Origin: Candidatus Doudnabacteria bacterium
GTDB lineage: Bacteria; Patescibacteriota; Doudnabacteria; UBA920
NCBI GenBank assembly: GCA_038203095.1
Contig: JBBREH010000001.1
Location: 431-64,430, forward strand
Direction: 5' to 3'
Length of the DNA stretch: 64,000 bases
A program made the position numbers and the translations under genes. Of this stretch, positions 36,097 to 46,945 are shown piece after piece. The notes beneath the pieces were generated by a model. That model searched no databases. It was given only the letters and a program-made list of their open reading frames with translations, and was not told where the DNA came from. Numbering within the stretch: the stretch's first letter is position 1; every line of letters starts with the position of its first letter.

Positions 36097-38367
36097 ATGC
36101 AAAAAGTTTTCAGGAATATTTTTTTTGTTTTAGTCGCGTTGTCGGTAACGGCTGCGTTTTGGGTGTCCAAGGAATTTTTATTTCCTTTTGTCACCACCAA
36201 AGCCTTCTTTTTTCGTATTTGTATTGAACTGGCACTACCGTTTTACGTTTATTTTTTGGTGTCGGACAAAAAACTTAGGCCAAATTTAAGAAATCCGCTG
36301 TCTTTGGCTGTGCTGGCCTTTCTGGCGGTTAATGTTGCCTCGGCTTTTTTTGGGGCGAGCGTGGTGCGCAGCTTTTGGGGGAACTTTGAACGTATGGGCG
36401 GCGTGTTTTATTTGGGTCATTTGGCGGCTTTATATTTTTACGTTTTGGCTATGGGTCAAATGCCCGGCGACTACATACGCAAGTTTTTAAAGGTAATGCT
36501 TTTGGTCGCGGCGGTAATTACTTTAAACGGTATTTTTGGCTGGCTGAATTTACCGACCCTGGTGGCCGATCCATCTTTGCCTGCTAGAGTCTCAAGCACT
36601 TTGGGTAACCCAATTTATTTAGGTAGTTATTTAATTATCCCATTATTTTTGGCATTATTTTTTACCTTTCAGGCCAAAAATAAATTAGACAAAGCCGTAT
36701 ATTATTTTTTAGCTTTAGCTTTTGCCTGGGGAATTTTTTTAAGCAACACGCGCGGAGCCTTAGTTGGGCTGATTGCCGGAGCCTTTATTTGCGCGATTGT
36801 TTATTTGGCATTAAATCCGAATAAGAAAATTAAACAATATGGTTTTATAATTTTTGGCATTTTGGCGACCTTGGTGTTTATGATGTTTATTTATAGCAGT
36901 AAGCTGCCTAAGAGCGTAGAAAGAATTTTTACGCTCAAAGACAGCAACACTTTGGCGCGTTTAATTCAGTGGAAAATCGCTCTGTCAGGCTACAAAGACC
37001 GGCCGCTACTTGGCACAGGGCCGGAAAATTATTACGTAATTGCCAACCAATACTACCGCCCCGAACTGGCGCAGTACGACCGCAGTTGGTTTGACAAGCC
37101 CCATAATTACATTTTGGAAATTTTGGTAACTAACGGCATTTTAGGATTAATCTCCTATTTGGCAATTTTAGGCTTTATAATAACGGCGCTGTATAAAGGC
37201 TACAAAGCAGAGTTTTATGGTTTGGAGGAATTTTGTTTGTTGCTCGGGGCACTGTTTTCATATCAGGTTCAAAATTTGACCGTGTTTGATACCGTGCCGG
37301 CCAGCTTAATGTTTTATGGTTTTATGGGTTTTGCCGGTTACGTTTGGACAATTTCCCAAACTTCGTTAGTTGAGGTTAAAGCAAAAGAAGCTTTGCCGGT
37401 TTTTAACATTCGGCCGCTGGCATTTTCGGCATTGGGTGTAACTTTTTTATTAATGGCTTATACAATTTACGCCACGGAAATTATTCCAATGCAAATTGCC
37501 AAAAATGTTAACTACGGCTTTGCTTACGCCTCGGTGGACCCGGCCAAAGCTTTTGAATACTTTCAAGTTGCCACATCTTTACCGTTTAATTTTGACAAAA
37601 CCGAAACCGCCAGCAAGTTTGACGAGTTCGCGGCCAATTACGCCCGCAGTGCCGGGCAAAAGGACCAGACCAGGGCGCTTGCAATTCTAGACTCGGCCAG
37701 TGCGTTTACCCAAGAGGCTTTGGCTACCCAGCCCGATTATCCCATTTTGTGGCAGCGAATGTCAGGCCTATATTTATTTCGGTCGGTTCAAATAGGCGGG
37801 AAAGTGGTTGTTGACCCCAGAGCCGAAGAAGCGGCTCAAAAGGCTATTAGTTTAGCCCCCAAAAGGGAAGAGGGGTATTTGGCCTTAGCTCAAATTCGCG
37901 CGCTTCAGGGCGACAACAAGACAGCTAAAGATTTGTTAGCTCAAGCTATGGAAAATTTTCCGGCCGATGCCGGCGTTAAAGTTCAGTTAGCCAATATGTA
38001 CCGGCTTGAGGGTCAAACCGAAAAAGCCGTGGCACTAATGGAGCAGGCAGTTAAGCAGGGTTATGGTTTTAGCAGTTTTGGGGAAATTGAATGGCTTTCC
38101 AATTATTACGTTGGGCTTAAAGAGTACGATAGAGCTATGGATTTGCTTGTGTTAGGACAAAAACTGGAGCCTAACAACTTGCTGGTATTTATAGATTTAG
38201 CCAAGCTCTACGCCGTTTCGGGCAAAAATGATTTGGCCAAAAATTTAGCGGAAAATATTATGAAGTTCGACGCCTCCCGCGCAAAAGAAATGCAAGCGCT
38301 AATAAATTCCTTGCCAAAATCGGGACAAGTTGCCGGAACTGCCAGCGGGACGCCGGCAGGGAAATAG
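36097..38367 (+). CDS. O-antigen-ligase-domain (Wzy_C) membrane protein with C-terminal TPR repeats (paralog)
   Basis: Same architecture as the previous gene: LSNTRGALVG and GTGPENYY motifs; TPR C-terminus. Confidence 0.7.
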   Translation: MQKVFRNIFFVLVALSVTAAFWVSKEFLFPFVTTKAFFFRICIELALPFYVYFLVSDKKLRPNLRNPLSLAVLAFLAVNVASAFFGASVVRSFWGNFERMGGVFYLGHLAALYFYVLAMGQMPGDYIRKFLKVMLLVAAVITLNGIFGWLNLPTLVADPSLPARVSSTLGNPIYLGSYLIIPLFLALFFTFQAKNKLDKAVYYFLALAFAWGIFLSNTRGALVGLIAGAFICAIVYLALNPNKKIKQYGFIIFGILATLVFMMFIYSSKLPKSVERIFTLKDSNTLARLIQWKIALSGYKDRPLLGTGPENYYVIANQYYRPELAQYDRSWFDKPHNYILEILVTNGILGLISYLAILGFIITALYKGYKAEFYGLEEFCLLLGALFSYQVQNLTVFDTVPASLMFYGFMGFAGYVWTISQTSLVEVKAKEALPVFNIRPLAFSALGVTFLLMAYTIYATEIIPMQIAKNVNYGFAYASVDPAKAFEYFQVATSLPFNFDKTETASKFDEFAANYARSAGQKDQTRALAILDSASAFTQEALATQPDYPILWQRMSGLYLFRSVQIGGKVVVDPRAEEAAQKAISLAPKREEGYLALAQIRALQGDNKTAKDLLAQAMENFPADAGVKVQLANMYRLEGQTEKAVALMEQAVKQGYGFSSFGEIEWLSNYYVGLKEYDRAMDLLVLGQKLEPNNLLVFIDLAKLYAVSGKNDLAKNLAENIMKFDASRAKEMQALINSLPKSGQVAGTASGTPAGK

Positions 38368-38431
38368 GCTTATTGTGTAGTTGCTTGCAGTATTGTAGTC
38401 CGCCCGATTTTATGGGCTGTTAAGCAATTGG

Positions 38432-38588
38432 GGTCATATGGAATTTTGCCAATGTCGGCAGGGTAAATAATAGCGTTCGACTTTATGGAGAACCTATTAT
38501 TTACTTTCGCTTAAGCGAAAAATATCTTCTCCATAAAGTCGAAGAATATTTTCCGCCGCCGCTCAACAATGGTCAAATTCCATATGGC
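38432..38588. repeat. Long nested imperfect palindrome (about 155 nt)
   Basis: Perfect 15-bp inverted repeat CGACTTTATGGAGAA at 38478/38533. Central TTTCGCTTAAGCGAAA. Outer inverted repeat CATATGGAATT at 38436/38575. Confidence 0.7.
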
Positions 38589-38634
38589 TCACAATTAGGA
38601 CAGCCGATGAATCCCTGCACTATCAAGATCGTGC

Positions 38635-39441
38635 GTGAATGAATCGGCTAACTACGCCACTAATATCCATCATATGACAAAAAAAGACACATCTTGGGGC
38701 AAAGTCGCCAACTGGTACAACAAGCATTTGGAAGAAGGGGATGATACTTACCAGGAAAAATTAATTAAGCCTAACTTGCTTAGAATTTTGGCTCCGCGTG
38801 TGGGTGAAAATATTTTAGATGTGGGCTGTGGGCAGGGTTATTTTTCGCGTGTGTTGGCGGCTGCTGGCGCGAAAATTGTGGGTGTTGATGTTGCAGGGGA
38901 GTTAATTAGGCTTGCCAAGGAGCAGGCAGGTAAAAACGAGGTTTATTTAGTTTTGTCCGCAGAAAAACTTGCAACGCTTGCCGACAGCCGTTTTGATGCC
39001 GCCATTTGCGTTTTGGCTTTGCAAAATATAAAAAATTTACAGGCCGCGATTTTGGAAATGTCGCGTGTACTTAAAACAGGCGGCCGCGCGGTATTGGTGC
39101 TAAACCATCCTGCGTTCCGCGTGCCGGGAGCGTCGGCATGGGCTTATGACGAAAAAGCGAATATCCAATATCGTAATATCAACAAATATCTTTCCGAGGT
39201 TTCTATGGAAGTTGATATGACCCAAGGCATAGTGGACCCTAAAAAGAAAAAATTTACCCTGTCTTTTCACCACCCTCTACAAGTCTACTTTAAAGCCTTT
39301 TTTAAAGCCGGACTTGTTGTAACCCGCCTGGAAGAATGGACTTCCCACAAAACTTCCGACACCGGCCCACGCAAACCCGCAGAAGACAAAGCCCGCAAAG
39401 AAATCCCGCTATTTATGTGCTTGGAGTTGAGGAAAATATAA
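38635..39441 (+). CDS. Class I SAM-dependent methyltransferase
   Basis: ILDVGCGQGYFSRVL motif I. Confidence 0.7.
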   Translation: MNESANYATNIHHMTKKDTSWGKVANWYNKHLEEGDDTYQEKLIKPNLLRILAPRVGENILDVGCGQGYFSRVLAAAGAKIVGVDVAGELIRLAKEQAGKNEVYLVLSAEKLATLADSRFDAAICVLALQNIKNLQAAILEMSRVLKTGGRAVLVLNHPAFRVPGASAWAYDEKANIQYRNINKYLSEVSMEVDMTQGIVDPKKKKFTLSFHHPLQVYFKAFFKAGLVVTRLEEWTSHKTSDTGPRKPAEDKARKEIPLFMCLELRKI

Positions 39442-39658
39442 TGGTAACAGTTCGCAACCTTGAGTAGATTGGAGTTTTGTTGATGTTCCCCGATGTAGCG
39501 CAGGCCATCGGCCTGCCAAATACTGGCAAATATGATAATACGTTCAGTCCTCTAAGCTCTTACACTTAACATTACTAATAAAATTTTGTCTTATTTGACA
39601 AGGTTTTTAAAATCGTTATTATATTTAAAAGGGTAAAATTAATTTTAAACGAAACAAA

Positions 39659-40018
39659 ATGACAAAAATACAAAAAATTTGGCTAGGAATATTTTTAGCC
39701 ATGTTTATTATGCCGGAGGTATTGTGGAGCCCTATAGTGAAGTTTTGGATTAGTTGGTACCAACCAACAGTGCAGGGTCATTATCAGGTTTGGAGACAAA
39801 ACTTTTTGGATAATTATGGAAATTCTGGACTATGGAGCCATATTCTATTAGTTCAATTTTTCGGGCTTTTTTTAACCACTATATATTTATTAGTTGTTAG
39901 GAAAACTTTTAAAAATAAAATTTTATTTTGGACAGCTTTCTGCCTGTTTTCATTTGCTGCTGTATTTGTATTTTATATTCATGGATTTTCAACTATTAAT
40001 TTTGGTTCATTGCCGTAA
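39659..40018 (+). CDS. Hypothetical membrane protein
   Basis: 119 aa with three predicted TM helices. Confidence 0.35.
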   Translation: MTKIQKIWLGIFLAMFIMPEVLWSPIVKFWISWYQPTVQGHYQVWRQNFLDNYGNSGLWSHILLVQFFGLFLTTIYLLVVRKTFKNKILFWTAFCLFSFAAVFVFYIHGFSTINFGSLP

Positions 40019-40059
40019 AGCGAAACAAAATTAAAATCAAATAATACCTCAAGGAAGTT

Positions 40060-42873
40060 ATGAAAATATTAAAACAGAATCATTATTATATTTTATTTGC
40101 TTCCTTGACTTTATTTGTTCTATTTCCACCCAAAGTCTCGGCAAGCAGTGTTTATTTTGCCCAGAATAACTCTACCGGCAATGTGTTTTATGAATATATT
40201 TATTTAGCGCATAACGGACATAGCTACCAAGGCGATGACAGCTCCGGTCATTCATTTGGATCCGATTTTGCAGATTATATAGCCAACTTTGCTAATGGGT
40301 CTGACTACCCTATTGCCACAACCTCCGTGACTTCCTATGTCACGGATATTATTTTGCAAATTAAAGATACTAACCTCACAGAGAACGCTGATTATGCCAT
40401 TCAGTTTGACTGTATTGGATTTGACGGTTCCTATCTCGGTGCTTTCCATTCCGCATATGTAAATTCCTCAGCTTTTTCTGATGATTTTGTTTCAGTAGAT
40501 TTCCCTTTTTCCGGCATAAACTGCGATTTAAGCAAATATCAAATACATCAAATTGTTGAGTATAGGGGCGGTCAGTCGGTTGTGCAAACTGCTATTCGAG
40601 TCCGAGCCCAAAATACTAATTCGTTAAATGGGTACGGCCTGTCCAATGATAATGGTACTATTATTGATGATTACGAACCACAGATGGTTATTAAAAGCGG
40701 ACCGCTGGTGGCAAAAACTCCGGTGTTGATTGTGCCAGGGACTTTGGGAACAGAAATAGATAAAGGTGCCGATATTCTTTGGCCAAATATAGATAAGATG
40801 TTCTCGGTGAGTCCGATTCACTCCGATGATTTTATGGATCCGTTGGCTTTTAACCAAGATGGCAGTCCTTTGAATGCAAGTTTGAGCTTAGGGCAGGTAC
40901 TAACAGTCTCAGTTCAAGCTTTTAATTATTCTCAAAAACTTCTTGAAGATTTTATTTCCCAGGGATATGCTACCGATACCAACTTGTCCCTTTTTCCCTA
41001 CGACTGGCGCGATGACATTGCTAAAAACGCAAATACTGTTTTAAGTCAAAAAATAGATCAACTGATAGCTTCTTCCGGCTCATCCAAAATTGATATTATT
41101 GCGCATAGCCAGGGCGGGTTGCTCATAAAAAAATTATTACTTGACCATCCCGAATACCAGACGAAAATTAATAAGTTAGTTTTTGTAGGTACGCCCAATT
41201 TAGGCTCGCCGAAATCTTTAAAGGTATTGATCTATGGCGATGATTTTGGTATTAAAAAATATGGTTTAGGGCTCGACCCGCTTGAAATAAAAAAAATTTC
41301 CCAAAACATGCCTTCGGTTTATCAAATGCTGCCCAGTCGGGAATATTTTAACCATTCCTCAGGTTATTTGGGGCAATATACTTTTAACTTGGATTCTAAA
41401 TCTGGCAAGATTCTCCCTACTTTTGACGAAACAAAAAATATCCTCAAAACACCTTTTTATAATTTAAACAGCAGTTTGGTTGACAGCGCCGACACTTTTC
41501 ATTCATCAGCCTTTGATAACTTTGACTTTAGCAATACCGGCATTAAGACTTTTAACATTATGGGTTGTAAATCTGCCACCATTGGTAAAATGTTTATTAA
41601 TGGAACTGGCGGAAAAGATGATATTACTTACGAGCCGGGGGATGGCACGGTGCCTTTAATTTCGGCCAGTAATATTAACGGAGCGCAGAATTTTTATGTT
41701 ACTAAAACTGGGGACATCCATGGAACTATGTTAACAACGGATGGAGTGCGTCAAAAAATAGTAAATATTATTGCCGATACCAACATTCCAACCTCCGGCC
41801 TTATTACCTCAAATCCCGCGCTTTGCGTGTTTAAAGGGAAGAAAGTAGAAGTCCATAGCCCCGTGGATTTGAATATTTACGATGAGAATAACAACCACGT
41901 TGGTCCCAACCCAGACGGCAGTTTTGACTATCAAATAGAAGGCGTGCAGTATGATGAAATTGGTCATAATAAATATGCTTTTCTGCCTGATGACGGACAT
42001 ATTTATACGCTTAAGTTAAACGCCACCGGCATGGGAAGTTTTAATTTTTATTCTTCAAGTGTAAACGGCAGTCAAACAGATAATATTGCTTATTATAGTG
42101 ATGTACTTATTGCTTCTTCTTCCACAGCCCAAGTAATCCTAAATTCTGATAACAATCAAACAATTGATTTTACCAGCGACAGCAGAACAATTGCTCCTTC
42201 CTCAATTTTAGACGCCAATCAGTCCCTTGACCCCATCTCTCCCATTTCAACCTCCACCATAACCGGTAGTTTAACTAGTCCTGGGGTTTACACTGGCAGT
42301 GTTAGTATCAGCTTGTTAGCAACTGATCCTGTTATTGTTGGCAAGGAGAACCAGACATCGGCAGTGCTTAAAACCCAATATGGTCTTGATGGGGGAGGCT
42401 ATCAAACTTACAGCACCACATCGCCGGTTAGCGTATCATCCGAAGGCCAACATAGCATAACCTTCTTCTCCACTGACCGTGCAGGTAACAATGAGCCGGA
42501 GCAGACGGTTAGTTTTGCCATCATAAAGCAGGTTGTTTCATCAGGCGACGGGGGCGGGGGAGGAGGGCCATCACAATTTAATACACCTTTTTACTTCATT
42601 ACAACACCCACAACCGCAGGCCGGGTTTTGGGCACCAGCACAACGGCTTCCATAGTTAATCCCCTAATTAGCCAGTTGCCGCCACAGCCCCAGCTCCGCC
42701 ATAAGGAAGGTAGCTTAATTGTGGACGCTAGAGGTACAGTTTACCTGGTTCAAAAGCAGTTGCTTCGTCCATTTACTTCAGCCAAACGTTTTTTGTTTTT
42801 AAAATTCAAGTTCAAAAATGTCAGCCCTATGTTAGAAGGTGACAGTGGTTATTTTTTGGGGATGCCGATGTGA
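40060..42873 (+). CDS. Large secreted alpha/beta-hydrolase (lipase/esterase-like) protein
   Basis: Signal peptide; nucleophile-elbow motif AHSQGG; long C-terminal extension with a Gly-run. Confidence 0.6.
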   Translation: MKILKQNHYYILFASLTLFVLFPPKVSASSVYFAQNNSTGNVFYEYIYLAHNGHSYQGDDSSGHSFGSDFADYIANFANGSDYPIATTSVTSYVTDIILQIKDTNLTENADYAIQFDCIGFDGSYLGAFHSAYVNSSAFSDDFVSVDFPFSGINCDLSKYQIHQIVEYRGGQSVVQTAIRVRAQNTNSLNGYGLSNDNGTIIDDYEPQMVIKSGPLVAKTPVLIVPGTLGTEIDKGADILWPNIDKMFSVSPIHSDDFMDPLAFNQDGSPLNASLSLGQVLTVSVQAFNYSQKLLEDFISQGYATDTNLSLFPYDWRDDIAKNANTVLSQKIDQLIASSGSSKIDIIAHSQGGLLIKKLLLDHPEYQTKINKLVFVGTPNLGSPKSLKVLIYGDDFGIKKYGLGLDPLEIKKISQNMPSVYQMLPSREYFNHSSGYLGQYTFNLDSKSGKILPTFDETKNILKTPFYNLNSSLVDSADTFHSSAFDNFDFSNTGIKTFNIMGCKSATIGKMFINGTGGKDDITYEPGDGTVPLISASNINGAQNFYVTKTGDIHGTMLTTDGVRQKIVNIIADTNIPTSGLITSNPALCVFKGKKVEVHSPVDLNIYDENNNHVGPNPDGSFDYQIEGVQYDEIGHNKYAFLPDDGHIYTLKLNATGMGSFNFYSSSVNGSQTDNIAYYSDVLIASSSTAQVILNSDNNQTIDFTSDSRTIAPSSILDANQSLDPISPISTSTITGSLTSPGVYTGSVSISLLATDPVIVGKENQTSAVLKTQYGLDGGGYQTYSTTSPVSVSSEGQHSITFFSTDRAGNNEPEQTVSFAIIKQVVSSGDGGGGGGPSQFNTPFYFITTPTTAGRVLGTSTTASIVNPLISQLPPQPQLRHKEGSLIVDARGTVYLVQKQLLRPFTSAKRFLFLKFKFKNVSPMLEGDSGYFLGMPM

Positions 42874-42876
42874 AAG

Positions 42877-43980
42877 CTATTTTTTTATAATTTTTTCGTA
42901 AACTTTTTTTGTTTCTTCAAACATTTTTTCCGCGGTAAAGAGCTTGGCTCTTTCGGAGGATTTTTTGGAGAGTAATTGCACTCTATTACTATCTAGTAAT
43001 AGAGTGCTAAGCGCGGCGCTTAAGGCTTTGGGGTTTTCGGGGTCTACTAAAATGCCGGCATTGCCTAAGGCTTCCGCGTTTCCGCCAACGTTAGTGGCAA
43101 TTATTGGCAAACCTGTCTGCATGGCCTCCAGAAGGGCATACGGAAAGCCTTCTTTGCGGGATGGCAAAACAAAAATGTCCAGCGCTTTTAAATACCTGGC
43201 TGCTTGGTCAACTTTTCCTAGCATGACTACGATGTGTTTCAATCTTAAATCTTTAATCTTTAATCTTAAATCTTCTGACTCCGGCCCATCGCCGAACAGT
43301 ATAACCTGAATTTTGCCTTTTATATCATCGCTCATCATCGCAATTGCTTCTATTAGTACATCCACACCTTTAGTTTTGTAAAAATTGGCAACGCATCCGA
43401 TCAGGATTTTATTGGTTGCCAAACCGAGTGTTTGCCGCGCTTCATCCCGTTCAAAAAAATCTATCGGTTCAAGGCCATTATGGATTACAGAGATTTTATC
43501 TACGCTAATTAAGTGATTATCCAGCGCGGACTGTTTGTCGGCATTGGATACACAAATAATAAAATCGCGGTAAGCAGAAGCGGTTTTTTCCAGAGCAATG
43601 TAAAAAGATTTTAGGGCGTAAGAAAGTGGCTCGTTAAAAATAAAGCCGTGCGCGGTAAACACCACCTTAGTTTTTAGCCCAATCGCAGCAAAACTGCCCA
43701 AGACCCCGGCCTTGGAAGAATTTAAGTGGACAACATCAGGTTTGTAGTTTTTAATCAGCTCACGGATTTCCCATGCGCCTAAAAAATCGTGCCAGGGGTT
43801 AATGGCGCGCTTTAAATGTTCCAGCGGAAAAGTTTCCACGCCGAATTTGGTTGCCTCACGGAAAAGCCTGTTTTCGTTGCTTCCCGCGGCAATGGCGCCG
43901 CCAAAATGCCTAGCCATTTCCAGAGTGTAATTTTGTGCCCCGCCGCCATCGGCTTGGGTAATAATGTAGAGAAGTTTCAT
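42877..43980 (-). CDS. GT4-family glycosyltransferase
   Basis: E.FPYALLEAMQTGLPIIATNVGG motif typical of GT4 (GT-B fold). Confidence 0.8.
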   Translation of the reverse strand: MKLLYIITQADGGGAQNYTLEMARHFGGAIAAGSNENRLFREATKFGVETFPLEHLKRAINPWHDFLGAWEIRELIKNYKPDVVHLNSSKAGVLGSFAAIGLKTKVVFTAHGFIFNEPLSYALKSFYIALEKTASAYRDFIICVSNADKQSALDNHLISVDKISVIHNGLEPIDFFERDEARQTLGLATNKILIGCVANFYKTKGVDVLIEAIAMMSDDIKGKIQVILFGDGPESEDLRLKIKDLRLKHIVVMLGKVDQAARYLKALDIFVLPSRKEGFPYALLEAMQTGLPIIATNVGGNAEALGNAGILVDPENPKALSAALSTLLLDSNRVQLLSKKSSERAKLFTAEKMFEETKKVYEKIIKK

Positions 43981-44105
43981 AATTTCAGATTTTAGATTGA
44001 TGATTTTAGATTGACTACATCTTATATTTTATTCTACCTTAAAATTCATTGATTTAAAAGGGTTTTTATGGTAAAGTGTTAAGGATTAAAGATTAAGGAT
44101 TAAAA

Positions 44106-46157
44106 ATGTCAAGCAAAAAGATTGCGCTCATTACCGGTATTACGGGCCAAGATGGCTCATATTTGGCGGAATTTTTATTGGCCAAAGGTTACGAGGTTCA
44201 CGGAATTATCCGTCGTGCTAGCGTATTTAATACCGAACGCATTGAACAAATTTATCAGGATCCTAACCTGCCGCACAGACAGTTATTTTTGCATTACGGC
44301 GATTTAGCCGACGCTTCAAATTTAAACCAGTTGCTTAAAAAAATTCAGCCTACAGAAATTTATAATTTGGGTGCGCAAAGTCACGTAAAAGTGAGTTTTG
44401 AAATTCCGGAATATACCGCCAATATTGACGCTTTGGGAACTTTAAGGTTGCTAGATGCCATCAGGGAAAATAAAATTGCCACCAAGTTTTACCAGGCGGG
44501 TTCCAGCGAAATGTTTGGCGATGTTCTACAAACACCCCAGTCGGAAAAGACGCCTTTTAATCCGGCCAGTCCTTACGGCGCGGCAAAAGTTTTTTCCCAT
44601 CATATTTGCAAAAATTATCGCGAGGCTTACGGAATGTTTATTTGCAACGGCATTTTATTTAATCACGAATGCTTAACAGCCCAAACCCCTTTGGTAATTA
44701 GAAAGAATGGGCTTTTAGATATTGCCGCAATAGAAGAAATAGTTCCTCATAGAGAAAATCCAAAACACGGAATTAAATACACAACAGTTGCCGATAAAGA
44801 GTTAGAAGTTTGGGATGGGGGTAAGTGGACAGCAATAAAAATACTAACAGCAACTTGGAATGAGTCCGGTTCTAAAAATGACAAAAAGCTCAAAAGAGTG
44901 ATTAGTAGGGGGGCTTACTATGAGGCCACAAGCGATCATATTTCATTTTTGGAAGGAGGGCGGGAAATCAAGACTGTCGATTTGTTCAAGGGAAACTGTT
45001 TGGAGCTAAAAAAGTTACCTGCTTTAACTAATATTATGTCTCTTACCTTAGAAGAAGCGGAATTTTTGGGTATGATGGCAGGCGATGGGTATATCAGTCA
45101 AGAAGGCAAAGGTAGATTTATAAATAATAATAAGTCATTACGAGAACGGATTGTTAAATTGTGGCAACAGATTGCGGGAGGCTTTAGCAGGGAAGGTGAA
45201 CATCCAAGCGGGTTCGTAAAGGGCAAAAACGTAAAATCAATAGAGTTGGCGGGCAATCCTCGTTATTTGCGTTATATATGGAGCGAACTTTACAATGAGA
45301 AATTGTTTAAAAAAGTTCCTGGCAGAGTTTTAAATAGTAATATTCAGGTTATGAGAGCCTTTTTAAGGGGCTACAACCTATGCGACGGTCTTAAAGCCGG
45401 CAAGCAAAGAACAGAGTTTAAGTCTTTTACAACCAATTCTGCGGTGTTGGCGTCTGGTTTGTGGTGGCTGCTAGATCAAGCAATGGGTTTAAGAATTACT
45501 CTGCACCCAGAATTTAGAAAGGATAAATTGTATTTTCATTTGAATATAAATACTGACAAGGTTACTTTAAAAGGCAAGCATCTCAAGAAGAAAATAAATG
45601 AAATTAAAGATGTAAAAGATTTTAAGTATACGGGATGGTTGTTTGACCTTGAAACAGAAAGTGGGACTTTTTCGGCGGGGGTAGGGTTATCATGGGTGCA
45701 TAATTCCCCAAGGCGCGGTAAAACTTTTGTGACGCGCAAAATTACTACAGGCATTGCGTCTATTTTGGCCGGAAAAACCAAGAAGATTTACCTGGGAAAT
45801 TTAAACGCCAAGCGGGATTGGGGTTTTGCGCCTGAGTACATAGAGGCTATGTGGCTAATGTTGCAGCAAAATAAGCCGGATGATTACGTAATTGCCACGG
45901 GCGAAACCCATTCAATTAAAGAATTTTTAGATATTGCTTTTAAGCTCGTGGGAATTAAAGACTGGAAAAAATACATTGGTATTGACCCAAAATATTATCG
46001 TCCTCAGGAGGTTAATCTTTTGCTCGGCGACGCCGGCAAAGCCAAAAAAAAGTTAGGCTGGAAACCCAAGGTGAAATTTAAAGAGTTGGTTAAAATAATG
46101 TTGGAAGCGGATTTAAAAGAAATCGGCCTAAGCCCGGCAAAATATATTAAAGTATGA
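44106..46157 (+). CDS. gmd: GDP-mannose 4,6-dehydratase interrupted by an intein (precursor 683 aa)
   Basis: Exteins are collinear with Gmd ([17 protein letters not shown]...ILFNHE | [14 protein letters not shown]...). A 345-aa insertion lies between E188 and S534. Confidence 0.85.
   Translation: MSSKKIALITGITGQDGSYLAEFLLAKGYEVHGIIRRASVFNTERIEQIYQDPNLPHRQLFLHYGDLADASNLNQLLKKIQPTEIYNLGAQSHVKVSFEIPEYTANIDALGTLRLLDAIRENKIATKFYQAGSSEMFGDVLQTPQSEKTPFNPASPYGAAKVFSHHICKNYREAYGMFICNGILFNHECLTAQTPLVIRKNGLLDIAAIEEIVPHRENPKHGIKYTTVADKELEVWDGGKWTAIKILTATWNESGSKNDKKLKRVISRGAYYEATSDHISFLEGGREIKTVDLFKGNCLELKKLPALTNIMSLTLEEAEFLGMMAGDGYISQEGKGRFINNNKSLRERIVKLWQQIAGGFSREGEHPSGFVKGKNVKSIELAGNPRYLRYIWSELYNEKLFKKVPGRVLNSNIQVMRAFLRGYNLCDGLKAGKQRTEFKSFTTNSAVLASGLWWLLDQAMGLRITLHPEFRKDKLYFHLNINTDKVTLKGKHLKKKINEIKDVKDFKYTGWLFDLETESGTFSAGVGLSWVHNSPRRGKTFVTRKITTGIASILAGKTKKIYLGNLNAKRDWGFAPEYIEAMWLMLQQNKPDDYVIATGETHSIKEFLDIAFKLVGIKDWKKYIGIDPKYYRPQEVNLLLGDAGKAKKKLGWKPKVKFKELVKIMLEADLKEIGLSPAKYIKV
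44670..45704 (+). other. Intein with LAGLIDADG homing-endonuclease domain inside gmd
   Basis: Begins with Cys (CLTAQTPLV), TxxH block (TSDH), two LAGLIDADG-like motifs ([26 protein letters not shown]), ends ...GVGLSWVHN followed by +1 Ser. Confidence 0.8.
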
Positions 46158-46945
46158 AATTGTTGAGCCTAAACATTTGGGGCGGCACGCAGGGGCAGCC
46201 GCTCTTTAATTATTTGATGGCTGAGGCAAAAGATACTGATATTTTTTGTTTTCAGGAAGTATTTTCGGCCAAAGAACCCGCTCCGTTGGTCAGTTCGGAA
46301 GCGCGAATGTACATGTTTGAAGAGCTGGAAAAAATGCTACCCAGTTTTCATGGGGTTTTTTGCCAAAGAAGCAGCGGTTATAATTACCATAGTGCGGTTG
46401 AGTTTCCCGTTTCTCATGGCCTGGCAATTTTTGTTAAAGAGAGCATAAAAATAATTGGCAGCCGAGCAGAAACAATAGGTGCGCCTACAGACCCTCATGC
46501 CAGCTTGGCAGATGGCGATACTAAAATTCAAATTTTGGATCTTGCTTTGGCCAACGGTTCTTTGTCTGTATTTAATTATCACGGACCGGCTTTGCCGGGT
46601 GACAAGCTGGACACCCCCGAAAGAATTTTGTGCTCGGAGGCTTTAAAAGCACTTTTGGAAAAGTCACAATCAAAAGCAAAAATTCTTTGCGGGGATTTTA
46701 ATTTAATGCCCGAAACCCAAAGCATAAAAATATTGGAGGCAGGCATGAGAAATTTAATTAAGGAATATGCTATTAAAAGTACCAGAAATAAAATTTCGTG
46801 GAATAAATATCATAACATCCAGCATTTTGCGGATTATACTTTTGTCTCGCCGGGAGTTGAAGTAAAAAGTTTTGAGGTACCCTATAATGAAGTTTCCGAC
46901 CATTTGCCAATGATTCTGGAATTCTTGATAGATGCGCCTTTTTAA
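46154..46945 (+). CDS. Endonuclease/exonuclease/phosphatase (EEP) family protein
   Basis: N-terminal LSLNIWGG...FCFQEV motif and C-terminal SDHLP motif. Confidence 0.6.
   Translation: MKLLSLNIWGGTQGQPLFNYLMAEAKDTDIFCFQEVFSAKEPAPLVSSEARMYMFEELEKMLPSFHGVFCQRSSGYNYHSAVEFPVSHGLAIFVKESIKIIGSRAETIGAPTDPHASLADGDTKIQILDLALANGSLSVFNYHGPALPGDKLDTPERILCSEALKALLEKSQSKAKILCGDFNLMPETQSIKILEAGMRNLIKEYAIKSTRNKISWNKYHNIQHFADYTFVSPGVEVKSFEVPYNEVSDHLPMILEFLIDAPF

Noticed and set aside
42540-42575. G-run (GACGGGGGCGGGGGAGGAGGG) in the hydrolase gene as another palindromic element copy
   Set aside because: No complementary C-rich arm, so no hairpin; it simply encodes a poly-Gly linker.
44106-46157. Alternative genetic code (UGA recoding, as in some CPR lineages)
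   Set aside because: Long conserved genes terminate properly at TGA/TAA/TAG and read through without internal stops under the standard code.
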